Source: a virus
Lineage: Duplodnaviria > Caudoviricetes
Virus record (IMG/VR): IMGVR_UViG_3300046479_000008
Coordinates: 1 to 63,767 of that record
Reading direction: 5' to 3' (one strand)
DNA: 63,767 bases
The notes under the pieces were generated by a model, which ran no database searches, was not told where the DNA came from, and was given only the letters and a program-made list of their open reading frames with translations. The translations under genes and the position numbers were made by a program. This document shows positions 1 through 9,740 of this stretch, one piece after another (the first letter of the stretch is position 1; each line of letters opens with the position of its first letter).

Positions 1-587
1 ATCTCTTCCCGCTGCTCCAGAGGTAGTGTATGAGATATCGAGGCTTGATACTTCCGGACATAGCCTCCTCCGTCCCCGACCTCCATGATCTCCAGGATCC
101 GGACCTCATAGTGCTCATCGCCGAAGCGTATATACCAATCTCCACCCATGTAACCCTTTCTTGCCTTCGGGTCCATGCTCTCTCGGATCCATGCACAACA
201 GGCGCTCAGGTCTGTGTCCATGCTTCCTGTGGCCAGCTTTGAGTTCTTCAGTGCCTCAGCATGGTAAATAAACGCATCCCCCTCAAGGGTGTAGCCGTTG
301 ACTAGCAACCAATCCTTGAGCTCCTCTAGGACTTCCTCGGAGGGAGAGTGTTTGAACTCAACTCGGACGTCGTTAGGGTTCCTGAAATCCCTATAGAAAT
401 CAATATACCCCCCATGGGTTTCCCTATAGTCTGAGACTTGTAGGGTCACTTCCCGGCCCTGACCAGCGATGCTCACTGAGAGTCTACGAGGGAAGGCATC
501 CATCAGAGCCACTCCGGCACGGCGAGCCTCACCAGCAGGGTCTGGGTATCTAGCTGCACGCTTGAGGAGTTTAGCAGTTATCTCCAT
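1..587 (-). CDS. LTAKLLKRA-leader family protein (3' end runs off window)
   Basis: Manual translation from ATG 587: MEITAKLLKRAARYPD...LKDWLLVNGY; open to the window edge. Confidence 0.8.
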   Translation of the reverse strand, partial: MEITAKLLKRAARYPDPAGEARRAGVALMDAFPRRLSVSIAGQGREVTLQVSDYRETHGGYIDFYRDFRNPNDVRVEFKHSPSEEVLEELKDWLLVNGYTLEGDAFIYHAEALKNSKLATGSMDTDLSACCAWIRESMDPKARKGYMGGDWYIRFGDEHYEVRILEIMEVGDGGGYVRKYQASISHTLPLEQREE

Positions 588-937
588 GGTCCTTCTAAGT
601 TCTCCATCACAGGCTTCAGTTGCTCTAGGATCTCATGAGCAGCATTGTTCTCTAATGCAACCCAAATACGCATCACCTGATCGTGTAGTGGGCTGTCCGG
701 GAAGATGTCCTGATCCAGGATCTTGTTGGCAGTGGTCCCGTTGTTGTATACAGAGATGTTGACGGTCACATAGGGAACGGTTGAGCCACAGGCCAAGCTG
801 CACACCACGTGATCTCCCTTGTAGAGCGCATGGTTGTTGTTCCACTGCCACTCGATCTCACGGGCTTCAGTGGCCACGGCTAGATCGGATAGGATCTCAA
901 CTAACAGATCCGACAGGGTTTCTTTGGGGTTGGTCAT
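578..937 (-). CDS. hypothetical protein
   Basis: 119-aa ORF tiled with neighbours, GGAG RBS. Confidence 0.7.
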   Translation of the reverse strand: MTNPKETLSDLLVEILSDLAVATEAREIEWQWNNNHALYKGDHVVCSLACGSTVPYVTVNISVYNNGTTANKILDQDIFPDSPLHDQVMRIWVALENNAAHEILEQLKPVMENLEGPWR

Positions 938-939
938 CG

Positions 940-1389
940 TTACTCCAGGTCACGTTGCACTTTGGGATTGCCCTTAGTGATAGCAAGATACAGCCGGTCG
1001 TCCTCGATCATATCTGGCTTCTTGGCCAATTGCTCATTGATAAATCCACGGAGATGATCATCCCAATTGGCTATCTCACCGGCAACTGATTCTTCTATTG
1101 TGTCTAGGAAATTAGGATCTCCTTTGATCTCAGCTTCCATCTCGGGTCTTGTACAACTTGTGGGATTCTCTACAGTTAGGCTGAACATGAAGTGAATCGT
1201 TGACGGTGTATTACCGGAGATCCGTAATCCCTTGAACAGGTCTTCTGTGTTGAAATATCCTCCGAATAGACAATCAGACTCCGTGTTTGGAATCAAGTTG
1301 AAAGATGTTGTGATATGAATGTTCTTACCAAACAACGGGAGGTCCATTGGTCCGGACCAGATGAGCTTCGGATATATGAAGTCAGGCAT
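940..1389 (-). CDS. hypothetical protein
   Basis: 149-aa ORF in tiled operon. Confidence 0.7.
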   Translation of the reverse strand: MPDFIYPKLIWSGPMDLPLFGKNIHITTSFNLIPNTESDCLFGGYFNTEDLFKGLRISGNTPSTIHFMFSLTVENPTSCTRPEMEAEIKGDPNFLDTIEESVAGEIANWDDHLRGFINEQLAKKPDMIEDDRLYLAITKGNPKVQRDLE

Positions 1390-1750
1390 GTTGATCCTTT
1401 ATCGTCTTGATGAGCTGTTCACTCCCCTCGATCTGTCGGAACCCTTGGGTCATAGCCCAATCGATTATCGCCTCTTTTACATCAATCTGATCATTGATGT
1501 CCATGATCAAGGTGTCTTCAGTCTCATATTGATAATAGCTGAAAGTGACGCTCAGATCCCAGCTGACCTTGTAGCCTGTGTCATTACGCTGCTCAGCACA
1601 TACAACTTTGTATACTGGTTGATCAATCTCTAACCCAGACTCCAGCTCAAGCTCTACATCCAGGAACTCCATTAGAGAGTCTACCTCTTTGCGGATGGCC
1701 ATCTCGATCTCACGATTGCCGGCTCTCTTGAGCAGCTTGGCGGTAAGCAT
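1382..1750 (-). CDS. LTAKLLKRA-leader family protein
   Basis: Start moved to ATG 1750 (MLTAKLLKRAG), just after the upstream stop; C-terminal IIDWAMTQGF. Confidence 0.8.
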   Translation of the reverse strand: MLTAKLLKRAGNREIEMAIRKEVDSLMEFLDVELELESGLEIDQPVYKVVCAEQRNDTGYKVSWDLSVTFSYYQYETEDTLIMDINDQIDVKEAIIDWAMTQGFRQIEGSEQLIKTIKDQHA

Positions 1751-1751
1751 G

Positions 1752-2120
1752 TTAAGCCTCTCCCTTGCTCTTGAACCAGATCTCAGAGGACTTGAATCCC
1801 CACATAGGGATACCATCTTGTTTCTTGTGGAAGCCATTGGCCAACAACCAATCCACCATGTATTTATCCATCAGATCTGGTTTACCGTTCATCTTGATAT
1901 TGGTCCCATTGTCCCTGGTGTCATGGAATTCCACGGTCAACTCCCAGTAGTCTTCTAAATTGTTCTTAGTTTCGTCTGCATTGAGGTACGGAGCAGATGT
2001 ATTGGGGGTGGCCTCAACCTTTAACCCTTCCCCTTTGAGGAATTCCTCCAAGGAAAGACATAGACGAGTCATCTCCGAAGGGACATACTCAGCGGCCTTC
2101 TTGAGCAGCCTAGCCTTCAT
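1752..2120 (-). CDS. LTAKLLKRA-leader family protein (variant MKARLLKKAA)
   Basis: AAGGAGG RBS before ATG 2120; C-terminal MVDWLLANGF. Confidence 0.8.
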   Translation of the reverse strand: MKARLLKKAAEYVPSEMTRLCLSLEEFLKGEGLKVEATPNTSAPYLNADETKNNLEDYWELTVEFHDTRDNGTNIKMNGKPDLMDKYMVDWLLANGFHKKQDGIPMWGFKSSEIWFKSKGEA

Positions 2121-2541
2121 TTGTGGCCTCCTTAGTGACCTTGATGAACTCTTTGTCCCCTGCACCACGCCAATCCTTCTCTCGGTAACCGTTGGCGATG
2201 GCCCAGTCCCCTACATTTTCCATAAATTCCTTGTCGGACTCTTCATGGTTATAGTGGAAGCTCAACATCAACCCGGTCCAGAGATCATTGTCTACTGTGA
2301 GCCCATCATGATGATAGTTCTCTGGATCATGGCTACATAGAGAGACAGTCCACTCCTGGTCTTCAAACCATTTAGCCCCTTGTCTACGGGCGCGGACCAT
2401 CCCATATCCAGAACATACCTGAGGGTACACCGTGAGCCCTGATTCCTTCAGGAACTCTGCAACGGAGGTAAGGTCTCTCACCATGAGATCTTGTAGATCC
2501 CCATAGGTATCGGCTCTCTTCAATAGCTTGGCAGTTAGCAT
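2110..2541 (-). CDS. LTAKLLKRA-leader family protein
   Basis: MLTAKLLKRAD at 2541; C-terminal VGDWAIANGY. Confidence 0.8.
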   Translation of the reverse strand: MLTAKLLKRADTYGDLQDLMVRDLTSVAEFLKESGLTVYPQVCSGYGMVRARRQGAKWFEDQEWTVSLCSHDPENYHHDGLTVDNDLWTGLMLSFHYNHEESDKEFMENVGDWAIANGYREKDWRGAGDKEFIKVTKEATNEG

Positions 2542-2551
2542 GGTGTCCATT

Positions 2552-2578
2552 AAAAAGGGGAACCACGGCGGTTCCCCT
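2552..2578 (-). terminator. intrinsic terminator
   Basis: GGGGAAC-7nt-GTTCCCC hairpin followed by TTTTT on the minus strand. Confidence 0.7.
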
Positions 2579-2602
2579 GGTGGTCTACTTAGAGACCTAC
2601 AT

Positions 2603-2884
2603 CTACTGTATGCGATCCAATTGTGCTCTAATTGCACGAGAGACTTCTCGAGCTATATCTGTTTTGCTCCGGAGCACTTCAAACTCATATGCCACTGCGC
2701 AACAGATCACAGAGAAGGTCCTTGGGTGTCTGGCTGTGAACTCGATTATCGGTGTAGGATCCCCGACGTATTCAAAGTTCTTTATCTCCACTGAGAGAAC
2801 CATCTCAGGGATCAAGGCCTGAACTCTCCCCCTGAGGGATTCTGCAACCTCAGGGAGAGCAATGGCTTCAGTTAGTAGATCCAT
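2603..2884 (-). CDS. hypothetical protein
   Basis: ORF in operon; likely start MDLLTEA. Confidence 0.6.
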   Translation of the reverse strand: MDLLTEAIALPEVAESLRGRVQALIPEMVLSVEIKNFEYVGDPTPIIEFTARHPRTFSVICCAVAYEFEVLRSKTDIAREVSRAIRAQLDRIQ

Positions 2885-4007
2885 CCTGGGGTCTCCGATA
2901 GACCACACCACCAATGACGGCCATGTGATCGGTGAAGATGATCTGCTCGGGAATCACTTCACGGAGACAAGGATCTACGTGGAGCAGCGCGAAACCCTGA
3001 TTGTAGGGGTTGAGGCCAGCCACATACTCCACATCCGTCTTGGCGATACAGCCGAGCACGAGGTTGAAGTAACTACCCATAAGCTCTGAAACTTTGGCCT
3101 TAAACTCAGGCTTGTGGGTGTGGCCTGACACTGAGCACATCCCATAGTCCTGTGGCTCGTGGCCAATGCAAATGGTATTGAAGTACTTCTTGTAGTTCTT
3201 CCGGGCTTCCTCTCTGGCCTCCTTGGGCTGGTAGGCAGAGAAATCCCCCTTGGAGACCAGGTTGATCTTGAAGGCATCCAGACCGAAGATCTGGTTCAGT
3301 GACACGCCCATGAGATCAAGCAGGGGAGCAAGGTAAGGCGTTCTATCGGCCATGTGGCGAAGTAGACGCAGGTCGTGATTGCCAAGTATGAAATCGATTT
3401 GAGCATTGGGGCAGTTCTCCCGAAGCGGCCTGAAGATCTTATCCTTGACAAACTCAAACCGCTCCTTGAGGTTCATCAAGCGAGGATCGTGATCGAATCT
3501 AGAGAACTCATAGAGGTCGAACACATCCCCGGCGAGGACGATGATACTGGGCTGGATTCGCTTGGCAGTCTCGAGGAACACGGAGAGCACGAAAGGATCG
3601 GCGTCAATGTCATGGAAGTCTGAGCCTACCAAGATGGTCTGCAGAGCCTTGCTAGGCTTCTTCTCATACTTACCCACCCAAGGGAGGATCTCTACTTCGA
3701 AGAATCCGCGATAGCGATCACGGGCACTGTGAGTGGCGATGGCCTTCTCGATCCGCTGAGCACCCCGGTTGAGTTCCAGGCCAGCTGTGCGCCGATATTC
3801 CTTGAAGGTCCCGAACCGTGAGCCCCACTGGTAGTCATTGAAGGCTCCATGTTTGCGGTATAACTCACGGGTCAGAAACTTGTCAGGAAACTCCTCCTGG
3901 ACACGCAGCAGATCCTGGAGCATTTCTTCTGTGTGGGCATCAAGAGGGTGCTCGGCATTGGTCTTGCTCTCAGCCTCAGCGATGCGTTGTCCGAGTGGCT
4001 TCCCCAT
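2868..4007 (-). CDS. calcineurin-like metallophosphoesterase with N-terminal helical (homing-endonuclease-associated-repeat-like) domain
   Basis: Motifs SDFH, AGDVFD, GNHD, GHTH; N-terminal RFGTFKEYRRTAGL. Confidence 0.85.
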   Translation of the reverse strand: MGKPLGQRIAEAESKTNAEHPLDAHTEEMLQDLLRVQEEFPDKFLTRELYRKHGAFNDYQWGSRFGTFKEYRRTAGLELNRGAQRIEKAIATHSARDRYRGFFEVEILPWVGKYEKKPSKALQTILVGSDFHDIDADPFVLSVFLETAKRIQPSIIVLAGDVFDLYEFSRFDHDPRLMNLKERFEFVKDKIFRPLRENCPNAQIDFILGNHDLRLLRHMADRTPYLAPLLDLMGVSLNQIFGLDAFKINLVSKGDFSAYQPKEAREEARKNYKKYFNTICIGHEPQDYGMCSVSGHTHKPEFKAKVSELMGSYFNLVLGCIAKTDVEYVAGLNPYNQGFALLHVDPCLREVIPEQIIFTDHMAVIGGVVYRRPQDGSTN

Positions 4008-4195
4008 TACCGAAGCACTCCAGTTCTACGACTCGCTCGGCCATGCTCTTCCAGCAACTCGCTGAGGAGGATTCCATTGACGGTAGTCTTGGTGGGGTCT
4101 ACGATCTCCACCCATCTCTTCACGTCATGGTTGGTCGGATCTTCGATTGTGATTGTGACGCTCTCAACCTCAACTTCTTCGTTTGGGTTACTCAT
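4007..4195 (-). CDS. hypothetical protein
   Basis: 62 aa, start and stop coupled to both neighbours. Confidence 0.6.
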   Translation of the reverse strand: MSNPNEEVEVESVTITIEDPTNHDVKRWVEIVDPTKTTVNGILLSELLEEHGRASRRTGVLR

Positions 4196-4863
4196 TCTTT
4201 TACCTCGAAATTAATAGGAATGATTAGGTCAGCTTCATCCCTGAGCTGTTGTAGTTCGTGTCGCACCTTGAAGGACTCATTGAATTCTAGAGCTCTGGCT
4301 CGCCTGTTGCGCATGGACACTTGACCTTCCTTGATGGCCTCACATAGATCATCAAAGACTCCGGGCTCAGAAGGGTATCGAACCATCTCATCGCCGTGGA
4401 AATGCACATACATTTCCTCCTTGTAGATCCGCCACATCCAGCCCTGACGGATGTCAAAGATGACCACAAAGGGTTCCATCTTGTTGTCCATGGAGCGGAT
4501 ATACTGGAGCACCTGAGCCTTCTTGAATTCAGAGAAGTCCTCGGGGAAGATGATATCTTCCTCGTCTCCCTTGTAGTCATCCCCAACCTCTACCAGCTTG
4601 GCAGAGATCTCACCAGCAGCGATCATAGCCAGCAAGGGCTGGATGCTCATAGGAGCTACCAGGGTGACCAGGTGATCTCGCAGAGTAGCCATAAGGGCTG
4701 CAGACTCCTGAGACATCTCAGAGAGCATCACATCCACATTGCGGCTTTGCAGGAAGCCGGGGTTGCCGGCCTGACTAGAATTCTCGCTGATTCCGGTCTG
4801 GAACCAACTCAAACATTCCCTGATTCTCTGCAGATCTTTCATCATACGATTCGCTCCTGACAA
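4192..4863 (-). CDS. hypothetical protein
   Basis: 223-aa ORF in operon. Confidence 0.7.
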   Translation of the reverse strand: MSGANRMMKDLQRIRECLSWFQTGISENSSQAGNPGFLQSRNVDVMLSEMSQESAALMATLRDHLVTLVAPMSIQPLLAMIAAGEISAKLVEVGDDYKGDEEDIIFPEDFSEFKKAQVLQYIRSMDNKMEPFVVIFDIRQGWMWRIYKEEMYVHFHGDEMVRYPSEPGVFDDLCEAIKEGQVSMRNRRARALEFNESFKVRHELQQLRDEADLIIPINFEVKE

Positions 4864-6107
4864 ACTTCAGGATCGCTGGTGGCCTCGTCGGTCAGATCCT
4901 GGATCTTCTCGCATATAGTCTTGAACTCATCGTCGGGGATGGGTTCGGCCTTGTCCAGCAGGGGAGTACAGATGTCCACCACAGCCTGCATCTTGGGGTA
5001 TTCAGTGACCAGGGCCTCGGCCTGGGTGAGAATGTAGAACATCGTCACCAGGTTCTCATCGTGCCGGATCAGGGAGAATCGCTTGGCCTCGTCGTCTGAC
5101 TGGCCGGTGTTGCCATCAAGGAGATCCAGCGCCTTGATCTCTCCAGAGCGCAGACGAGCGACATGCTGTTTGCTGAGCTTAGTGGCCAACCCTAGCTGTT
5201 CAGCCTCACGCTGCTCATAGGGGACCATCTTGGCGTGACCCACTGTGTAGAGGACCACGTTGAGGGCCTTATAGAGCTCATCGAAGGGGTAGCTGAACAC
5301 TTCTTGGAGGATGACATCCTTCTCGAACTCCGTGAGCTGGACCCCATCGATCATCTCTTTCAGCTGATTGCCACCGATCTTACTCACCACCTTGATCGCG
5401 TTGGCCCGAAGGACAGCCCGATACATCAGCGCACGGTCAAGGTATTCGATCTCAGCCTGAGCAATGGGACTCTGCTCAGCAGCAGCGATGGAGGTATCGT
5501 GGGCCACATCACCGGTCTCCACGAAGACCCACTGGTCCAGGTTTGAGACCTCAGCGTAGTCCAGAATCAAACCAAGCCAATCAGCCTTGAACATCTCAAC
5601 CAGGACCAGGGCGAGATCATTAGCCTTACCTTCCTTGGTGAAGTAGTTGGGACATTCACGCTTGACCAGCTCCAGCAGACGAGCATCCTCCCAGGTGTTG
5701 ACCTGACGGATCTGCTCCTCGGTGGTGTTGGTGTAGTCCTGAAACTGCTTGAGGAAGTGTCGTCCCTCACCGAGCATCTCGGCATACTGTTCAATGCTGA
5801 TCAGGCGGGAAGATGTAAGGGTGCCATCATCGGCCACCACCATGATCCCCTGCTCCTGATAGCCGTGTTCTGAGCCGGTGACCTTCATCTTCTTATACCA
5901 AGCCATTTCGCACTTGGCAAAGCGAGGATCCATGACCATATTCCAGGCCGGTCCAAGAGACTCAACCAGACCCTTCTCACCCCAGATTATCTGGGAGATA
6001 GTCTGACACAGCTCATGCTGAACCGAATCGTATTCACTCTGGGTGAGGCGGATCTCTCGGGTCCCGGTTTCCCCGAGTAGACCCCTTACTTGCTGATCGA
6101 AGCTCAT
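4842..6107 (-). CDS. hypothetical protein (helical, acidic)
   Basis: 421-aa ORF with strong codon bias. Confidence 0.8.
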   Translation of the reverse strand: MSFDQQVRGLLGETGTREIRLTQSEYDSVQHELCQTISQIIWGEKGLVESLGPAWNMVMDPRFAKCEMAWYKKMKVTGSEHGYQEQGIMVVADDGTLTSSRLISIEQYAEMLGEGRHFLKQFQDYTNTTEEQIRQVNTWEDARLLELVKRECPNYFTKEGKANDLALVLVEMFKADWLGLILDYAEVSNLDQWVFVETGDVAHDTSIAAAEQSPIAQAEIEYLDRALMYRAVLRANAIKVVSKIGGNQLKEMIDGVQLTEFEKDVILQEVFSYPFDELYKALNVVLYTVGHAKMVPYEQREAEQLGLATKLSKQHVARLRSGEIKALDLLDGNTGQSDDEAKRFSLIRHDENLVTMFYILTQAEALVTEYPKMQAVVDICTPLLDKAEPIPDDEFKTICEKIQDLTDEATSDPEVCQERIV

Positions 6108-6387
6108 CTGCTATATCCTTGTTTGATTGGTGATCAAGCGTAGGATACTCACTTGGTGTTAGAGCTTGGTTAACTCCACGTATCATGTCAACTATATTCT
6201 CAGCCAAACCCATATAGTCCCGCCAACGGAAGTGGCCTCGACCGAAATGTGCATCCACACCATCAAAGGACATATCATCCTCTGGGTCAACGCAACCAGG
6301 GACCAGACGCCAAGCATCCAGTCCCTGATCCAGGTGGTTCGCTATCATTGTTGCTATCGTTACTCGCCAAACGGATTCGATGTCCAT
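6034..6387 (-). CDS. hypothetical protein
   Basis: 117-aa ORF in operon. Confidence 0.55.
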   Translation of the reverse strand: MDIESVWRVTIATMIANHLDQGLDAWRLVPGCVDPEDDMSFDGVDAHFGRGHFRWRDYMGLAENIVDMIRGVNQALTPSEYPTLDHQSNKDIADELRSASKGSTRGNRDPRDPPHPE

Positions 6388-6389
6388 GC

Positions 6390-6758
6390 CTACCTGATGA
6401 ATGTTAACCTGCGAGCCAGATCATCCGCATACATGGCCAGATAGCCATTAGTGAACTCCCATCGCTCGCCTTGATGATCGACAGAGTTGCGGACCAGCTC
6501 CTCTACTTTACCGGGAGGAAGATGATCCCGCATGAGTTCATAGAGGAACGCCACGAGGTCACTCTTGTTTCCCACCTGGCCGCTACGCTCACGGAGAAGC
6601 TCATTGGCGGTCTTGGGTCTCCATTTGCCGGCTGACTTGTTCACCTCACCCAAAGGATTACCGGAGGTATCCAGGATCATCCCACACAGGGCACATTGCT
6701 TGCTCTCACCGATGAGCTTCTCCGTGTGTTCTCCATTGGGCCCATAGGGACAACGCAT
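6390..6758 (-). CDS. hypothetical protein with N-terminal Cys/His cluster
   Basis: CPxxxxxxH...CxxC; coupled to nadE stop. Confidence 0.7.
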   Translation of the reverse strand: MRCPYGPNGEHTEKLIGESKQCALCGMILDTSGNPLGEVNKSAGKWRPKTANELLRERSGQVGNKSDLVAFLYELMRDHLPPGKVEELVRNSVDHQGERWEFTNGYLAMYADDLARRLTFIR

Positions 6759-7627
6759 CAGCGCACCTTGATCACAGGAGGAGCCATGTGCTTGTGCTTG
6801 TTGGCCAGGTGCCGGTTCCAGACGAACAGGACCTTGTCGTGCAGATCGTCGTCCATGATCCGCTTGATATGCAGGGGCATCTCTTCATCCGTCAGGGCGG
6901 CATACTTCCGGAGATCCCGGATCCATTCGATCGCCGGAGCCATGTCGTTGTAGGACATTCCCAGTTCGCTCTCGTCGGTCTGGTTGTCCCAGAGGCCCGC
7001 AGAGGGAACCCGGTCGATGTGTGAGTCCAGGATCACGCCGTTGGCGGCCAGGTAGTCCAACAGGTCGTATACTTCCTGCTTGTAGAGCTCACCGATGGGG
7101 AAGATGTCGGCCAGAGCGTCACCACCCTTGGTGTCGTAGCCGATGTAGTCCTCACTGAGGTTGCCGGTCCCCATGACCCGATGACGCTTGCCCGGATTGT
7201 TCTCACCCAGCTGACCACACACGGCATAGAGGTAGACCATACGCATACGACTGCGCATGTTCCCCTGGGCCAGCTGCTGCAGGACCACTTCCTGGCCGGT
7301 GGAGAAGCAGATGGTCTTCTCGGCGAAGCTGCAGGGATCCTGGATGCTCAACGTGTAGTCCTTGATCCCCAGGTGGGAGGCCAGCTGCTTGCTGCGGCTG
7401 TTGAAGAACGAGAAGTCCCGGCTGCTATAGGGCATGTGCAGACCGACGACGTTGCCCTTTCCCAGGGCATGGACGCACAGGGTAGTGACCAGGGTGGAGT
7501 CAGCACCGCCGGACATACCCACCACGGCCACATCTACGGCCTCCTTGATGCCTTCACAGATCCTCTGGATCAGGTTGCTGCAGAGCTTGTAATCCAGCTC
7601 GTTCTCAGTGTGAGTCAGATAGGACAT
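6758..7627 (-). CDS. nadE: NH3-dependent NAD+ synthetase
   Basis: VVGMSGGADS P-loop, GNMRSRMRM, GTGNLSE, GYDTKGGD, PSAGLW..QTDESELG. Confidence 0.95.
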   Translation of the reverse strand: MSYLTHTENELDYKLCSNLIQRICEGIKEAVDVAVVGMSGGADSTLVTTLCVHALGKGNVVGLHMPYSSRDFSFFNSRSKQLASHLGIKDYTLSIQDPCSFAEKTICFSTGQEVVLQQLAQGNMRSRMRMVYLYAVCGQLGENNPGKRHRVMGTGNLSEDYIGYDTKGGDALADIFPIGELYKQEVYDLLDYLAANGVILDSHIDRVPSAGLWDNQTDESELGMSYNDMAPAIEWIRDLRKYAALTDEEMPLHIKRIMDDDLHDKVLFVWNRHLANKHKHMAPPVIKVR

Positions 7628-8403
7628 GGTACCCCCAGGATGTCTTTGAGAAATTCGTAGGGCTCCATCTTCGCCACATGCGGGTGTAGAGCCTTGACCA
7701 TGGTTCGGAGAACTGGACCCTCGGGCCGATGAGCCTTGGGGATGCGTGCCAACTCGTCCAGAGTCAGGATACGCTCCACGGTCTCACGCCGCAAATACGT
7801 TCCTCGTTTGAATGCGGGTTCCTCGTCATTCCAATTGACTTCAACAGAGTGGAGGAGATCATGCTGGTCCTTGCCCTTCTTCCCATGAAGCTGCTTGTGG
7901 GAGAAGTGGGCCTGAGCTAGCATGGACAATGAGTTCTTGCTGGCGTCTAGCTCACGCCACTTGAAGACGTTGTAGACTTCATTGAGATCCGGCACGGCCC
8001 AGACCCTGCAGTCAAAGTGGGGATACAGATCTGCCTTACTGGGCAGCATGGAGAGCAGGTGACGGGAGAAGAACCCAGAGGCTCTCCCGGCCAGGATGGA
8101 CTCCAGCTTCTGGATGCGCCCACCGAAAGGCCTCTCATCCTTAGGAAGCCACACCAGGGTGATCTCGTCGCTCTGGGTGTAGCCAAGGTCAGCGTGCTCC
8201 ATCTCGACCAAATGGCTGGCAGTCTTGACCATTAAGCCCATGAAGTCTTTGTCGTAGGGTCGCGCCAGACCCTTGGTGAAGGTATGGAAGGCTCTGCCGT
8301 CCAGACGGGCCAGGATCGGTAGGCCCAACATGAGCTTTCGACCGGCCTCAGCCATCTCAAACTCTTTGCATCGATTTCCTAGATCATCCATTGCCAATGT
8401 CAT
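7615..8403 (-). CDS. tRNA(His) guanylyltransferase Thg1-like protein (3'-5' polymerase)
   Basis: RLDGRAFHTFT, YTQSDEI, FGGRIQK, FDCR, KNS motifs. Confidence 0.93.
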   Translation of the reverse strand: MTLAMDDLGNRCKEFEMAEAGRKLMLGLPILARLDGRAFHTFTKGLARPYDKDFMGLMVKTASHLVEMEHADLGYTQSDEITLVWLPKDERPFGGRIQKLESILAGRASGFFSRHLLSMLPSKADLYPHFDCRVWAVPDLNEVYNVFKWRELDASKNSLSMLAQAHFSHKQLHGKKGKDQHDLLHSVEVNWNDEEPAFKRGTYLRRETVERILTLDELARIPKAHRPEGPVLRTMVKALHPHVAKMEPYEFLKDILGVPCPI

Positions 8404-8414
8404 GAAAGGTCCTC

Positions 8415-8549
8415 CTAAGGAACTGGATCAGCTTGGATCCTTCCCTCCTTGGCCTTCTCGTCCTTCTCCCAAAAGCAGAAGGGGCAATGGGCGTTGCACC
8501 CGCCTGGGAGAACCAAGGACAGGTTAGGATTGTCGTTGAGGAACTTCAT
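8415..8549 (-). pseudogene. 44-aa ORF: truncated radical-SAM N-terminus
   Basis: Manual translation MKFLNDNPNLSLVLPGGCNAHCPFCFWEKDEK...* with CxxxCxxC; GGAG RBS. Confidence 0.65.
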
Positions 8550-8559
8550 CGTTACTCTC

Positions 8560-8751
8560 CTAGGCATCCGGGCCGAGGTTCAAGATACCTGCCAGCTCTA
8601 GGGCCTTGATGGCCAGGGTATTGTACGCATTCTTCCATTTGGTGTGGTCTGTTTCCAAACGTTCAAGCTCGATGGCCATGCACTCAACGCATCTTCCCTT
8701 ATGCCTCGCAGGGTTCTCATGATTACAAAACATCGGTCTGAAGATGCTCAT
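8560..8751 (-). CDS. small Cys/His-containing hypothetical protein
   Basis: 63 aa, ATGA-coupled. Confidence 0.6.
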   Translation of the reverse strand: MSIFRPMFCNHENPARHKGRCVECMAIELERLETDHTKWKNAYNTLAIKALELAGILNLGPDA

Positions 8752-9740
8752 TGGGATTCCTTCTCCAAGGTTGCGTCCAAGAGCGCCTTGAGCTCACCAT
8801 GAGCCGCCAGGAGATCCCCTTGGAGTTTGATCTGAAACCGGCCTTCAAGGACACTCTGAGTGTCCGTGGCCAGGTAGGCATGGGTCTCATCATCCCACAC
8901 GTTGGAATGGTAGATGCCCCACTTGCTGAGCTTCTTGCGGATCGCCGAGACATCATACTTGAACAGGATGGTGTCCACGGCCTTCTTGTAGTTGCTGTTG
9001 ATGTAGTAGAGGGCCTGAGCAAGCTCATGCTTGAGGGCCTCTTGGGAGGGTTGCTGGGCCTGGGAGTCAGCGGAAGCAATAACATAGAACTCAGGATGCA
9101 CCAGACCCAGGGTCAGGGAGTCTAGGAGATCCGCGATGGCCTCTTCCTTGTCCGTCAGCCGGAACCCTTCACCTCTCCGGCTAGCCTCACCCAGGATAGC
9201 CCATGAGGGAATGTTGAAGCCAGCGAAAGACTTCTTGGTGCGCCGACCATAGAATGCCTTCAGCCTGGACCAGGAGAACACCTGGTTGTAGAACTTAGGA
9301 CTCTCCGCGTGCTCCTGGAACCGTAACAGATAGCTACACATGTCCTCCACACGACGGAAGTTGAAATGCAGCACATCAGGGAGGACCATGGTGACGTCAA
9401 ATCCCTTGCTGGCGGCCATTACCTTAACGTTATAGGCTCTGTCTTCATGCATCTCTTTGATCCTTTGCTTCCGAACAATCGGCAGTCCCAAGATGACAAA
9501 ATCTAATATGTTATCCAGGGCCTCTGGACTCATGATGGGATTGAGTTCTGGTCGCTTACGCTCACAATCCAAGAGGTTCTTCAGATCATACTCTTCCCAG
9601 TTGGTGTTCCGGTCTCGACTATACTGACCACAAACCCTTTTACTAATGCTCTCCAAGACTGCATTGTAATGCTTGAGGGAGAGATCTAACTCTCGGCCTA
9701 GATCACGGATCTCCGGGAAGTCTAATGCTCCTTCGGTCAT
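8748..9740 (-). CDS. hypothetical protein with possible degenerate HExxH
   Basis: 330-aa ORF; LKHELAQALYY. Confidence 0.7.
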   Translation of the reverse strand: MTEGALDFPEIRDLGRELDLSLKHYNAVLESISKRVCGQYSRDRNTNWEEYDLKNLLDCERKRPELNPIMSPEALDNILDFVILGLPIVRKQRIKEMHEDRAYNVKVMAASKGFDVTMVLPDVLHFNFRRVEDMCSYLLRFQEHAESPKFYNQVFSWSRLKAFYGRRTKKSFAGFNIPSWAILGEASRRGEGFRLTDKEEAIADLLDSLTLGLVHPEFYVIASADSQAQQPSQEALKHELAQALYYINSNYKKAVDTILFKYDVSAIRKKLSKWGIYHSNVWDDETHAYLATDTQSVLEGRFQIKLQGDLLAAHGELKALLDATLEKESQ

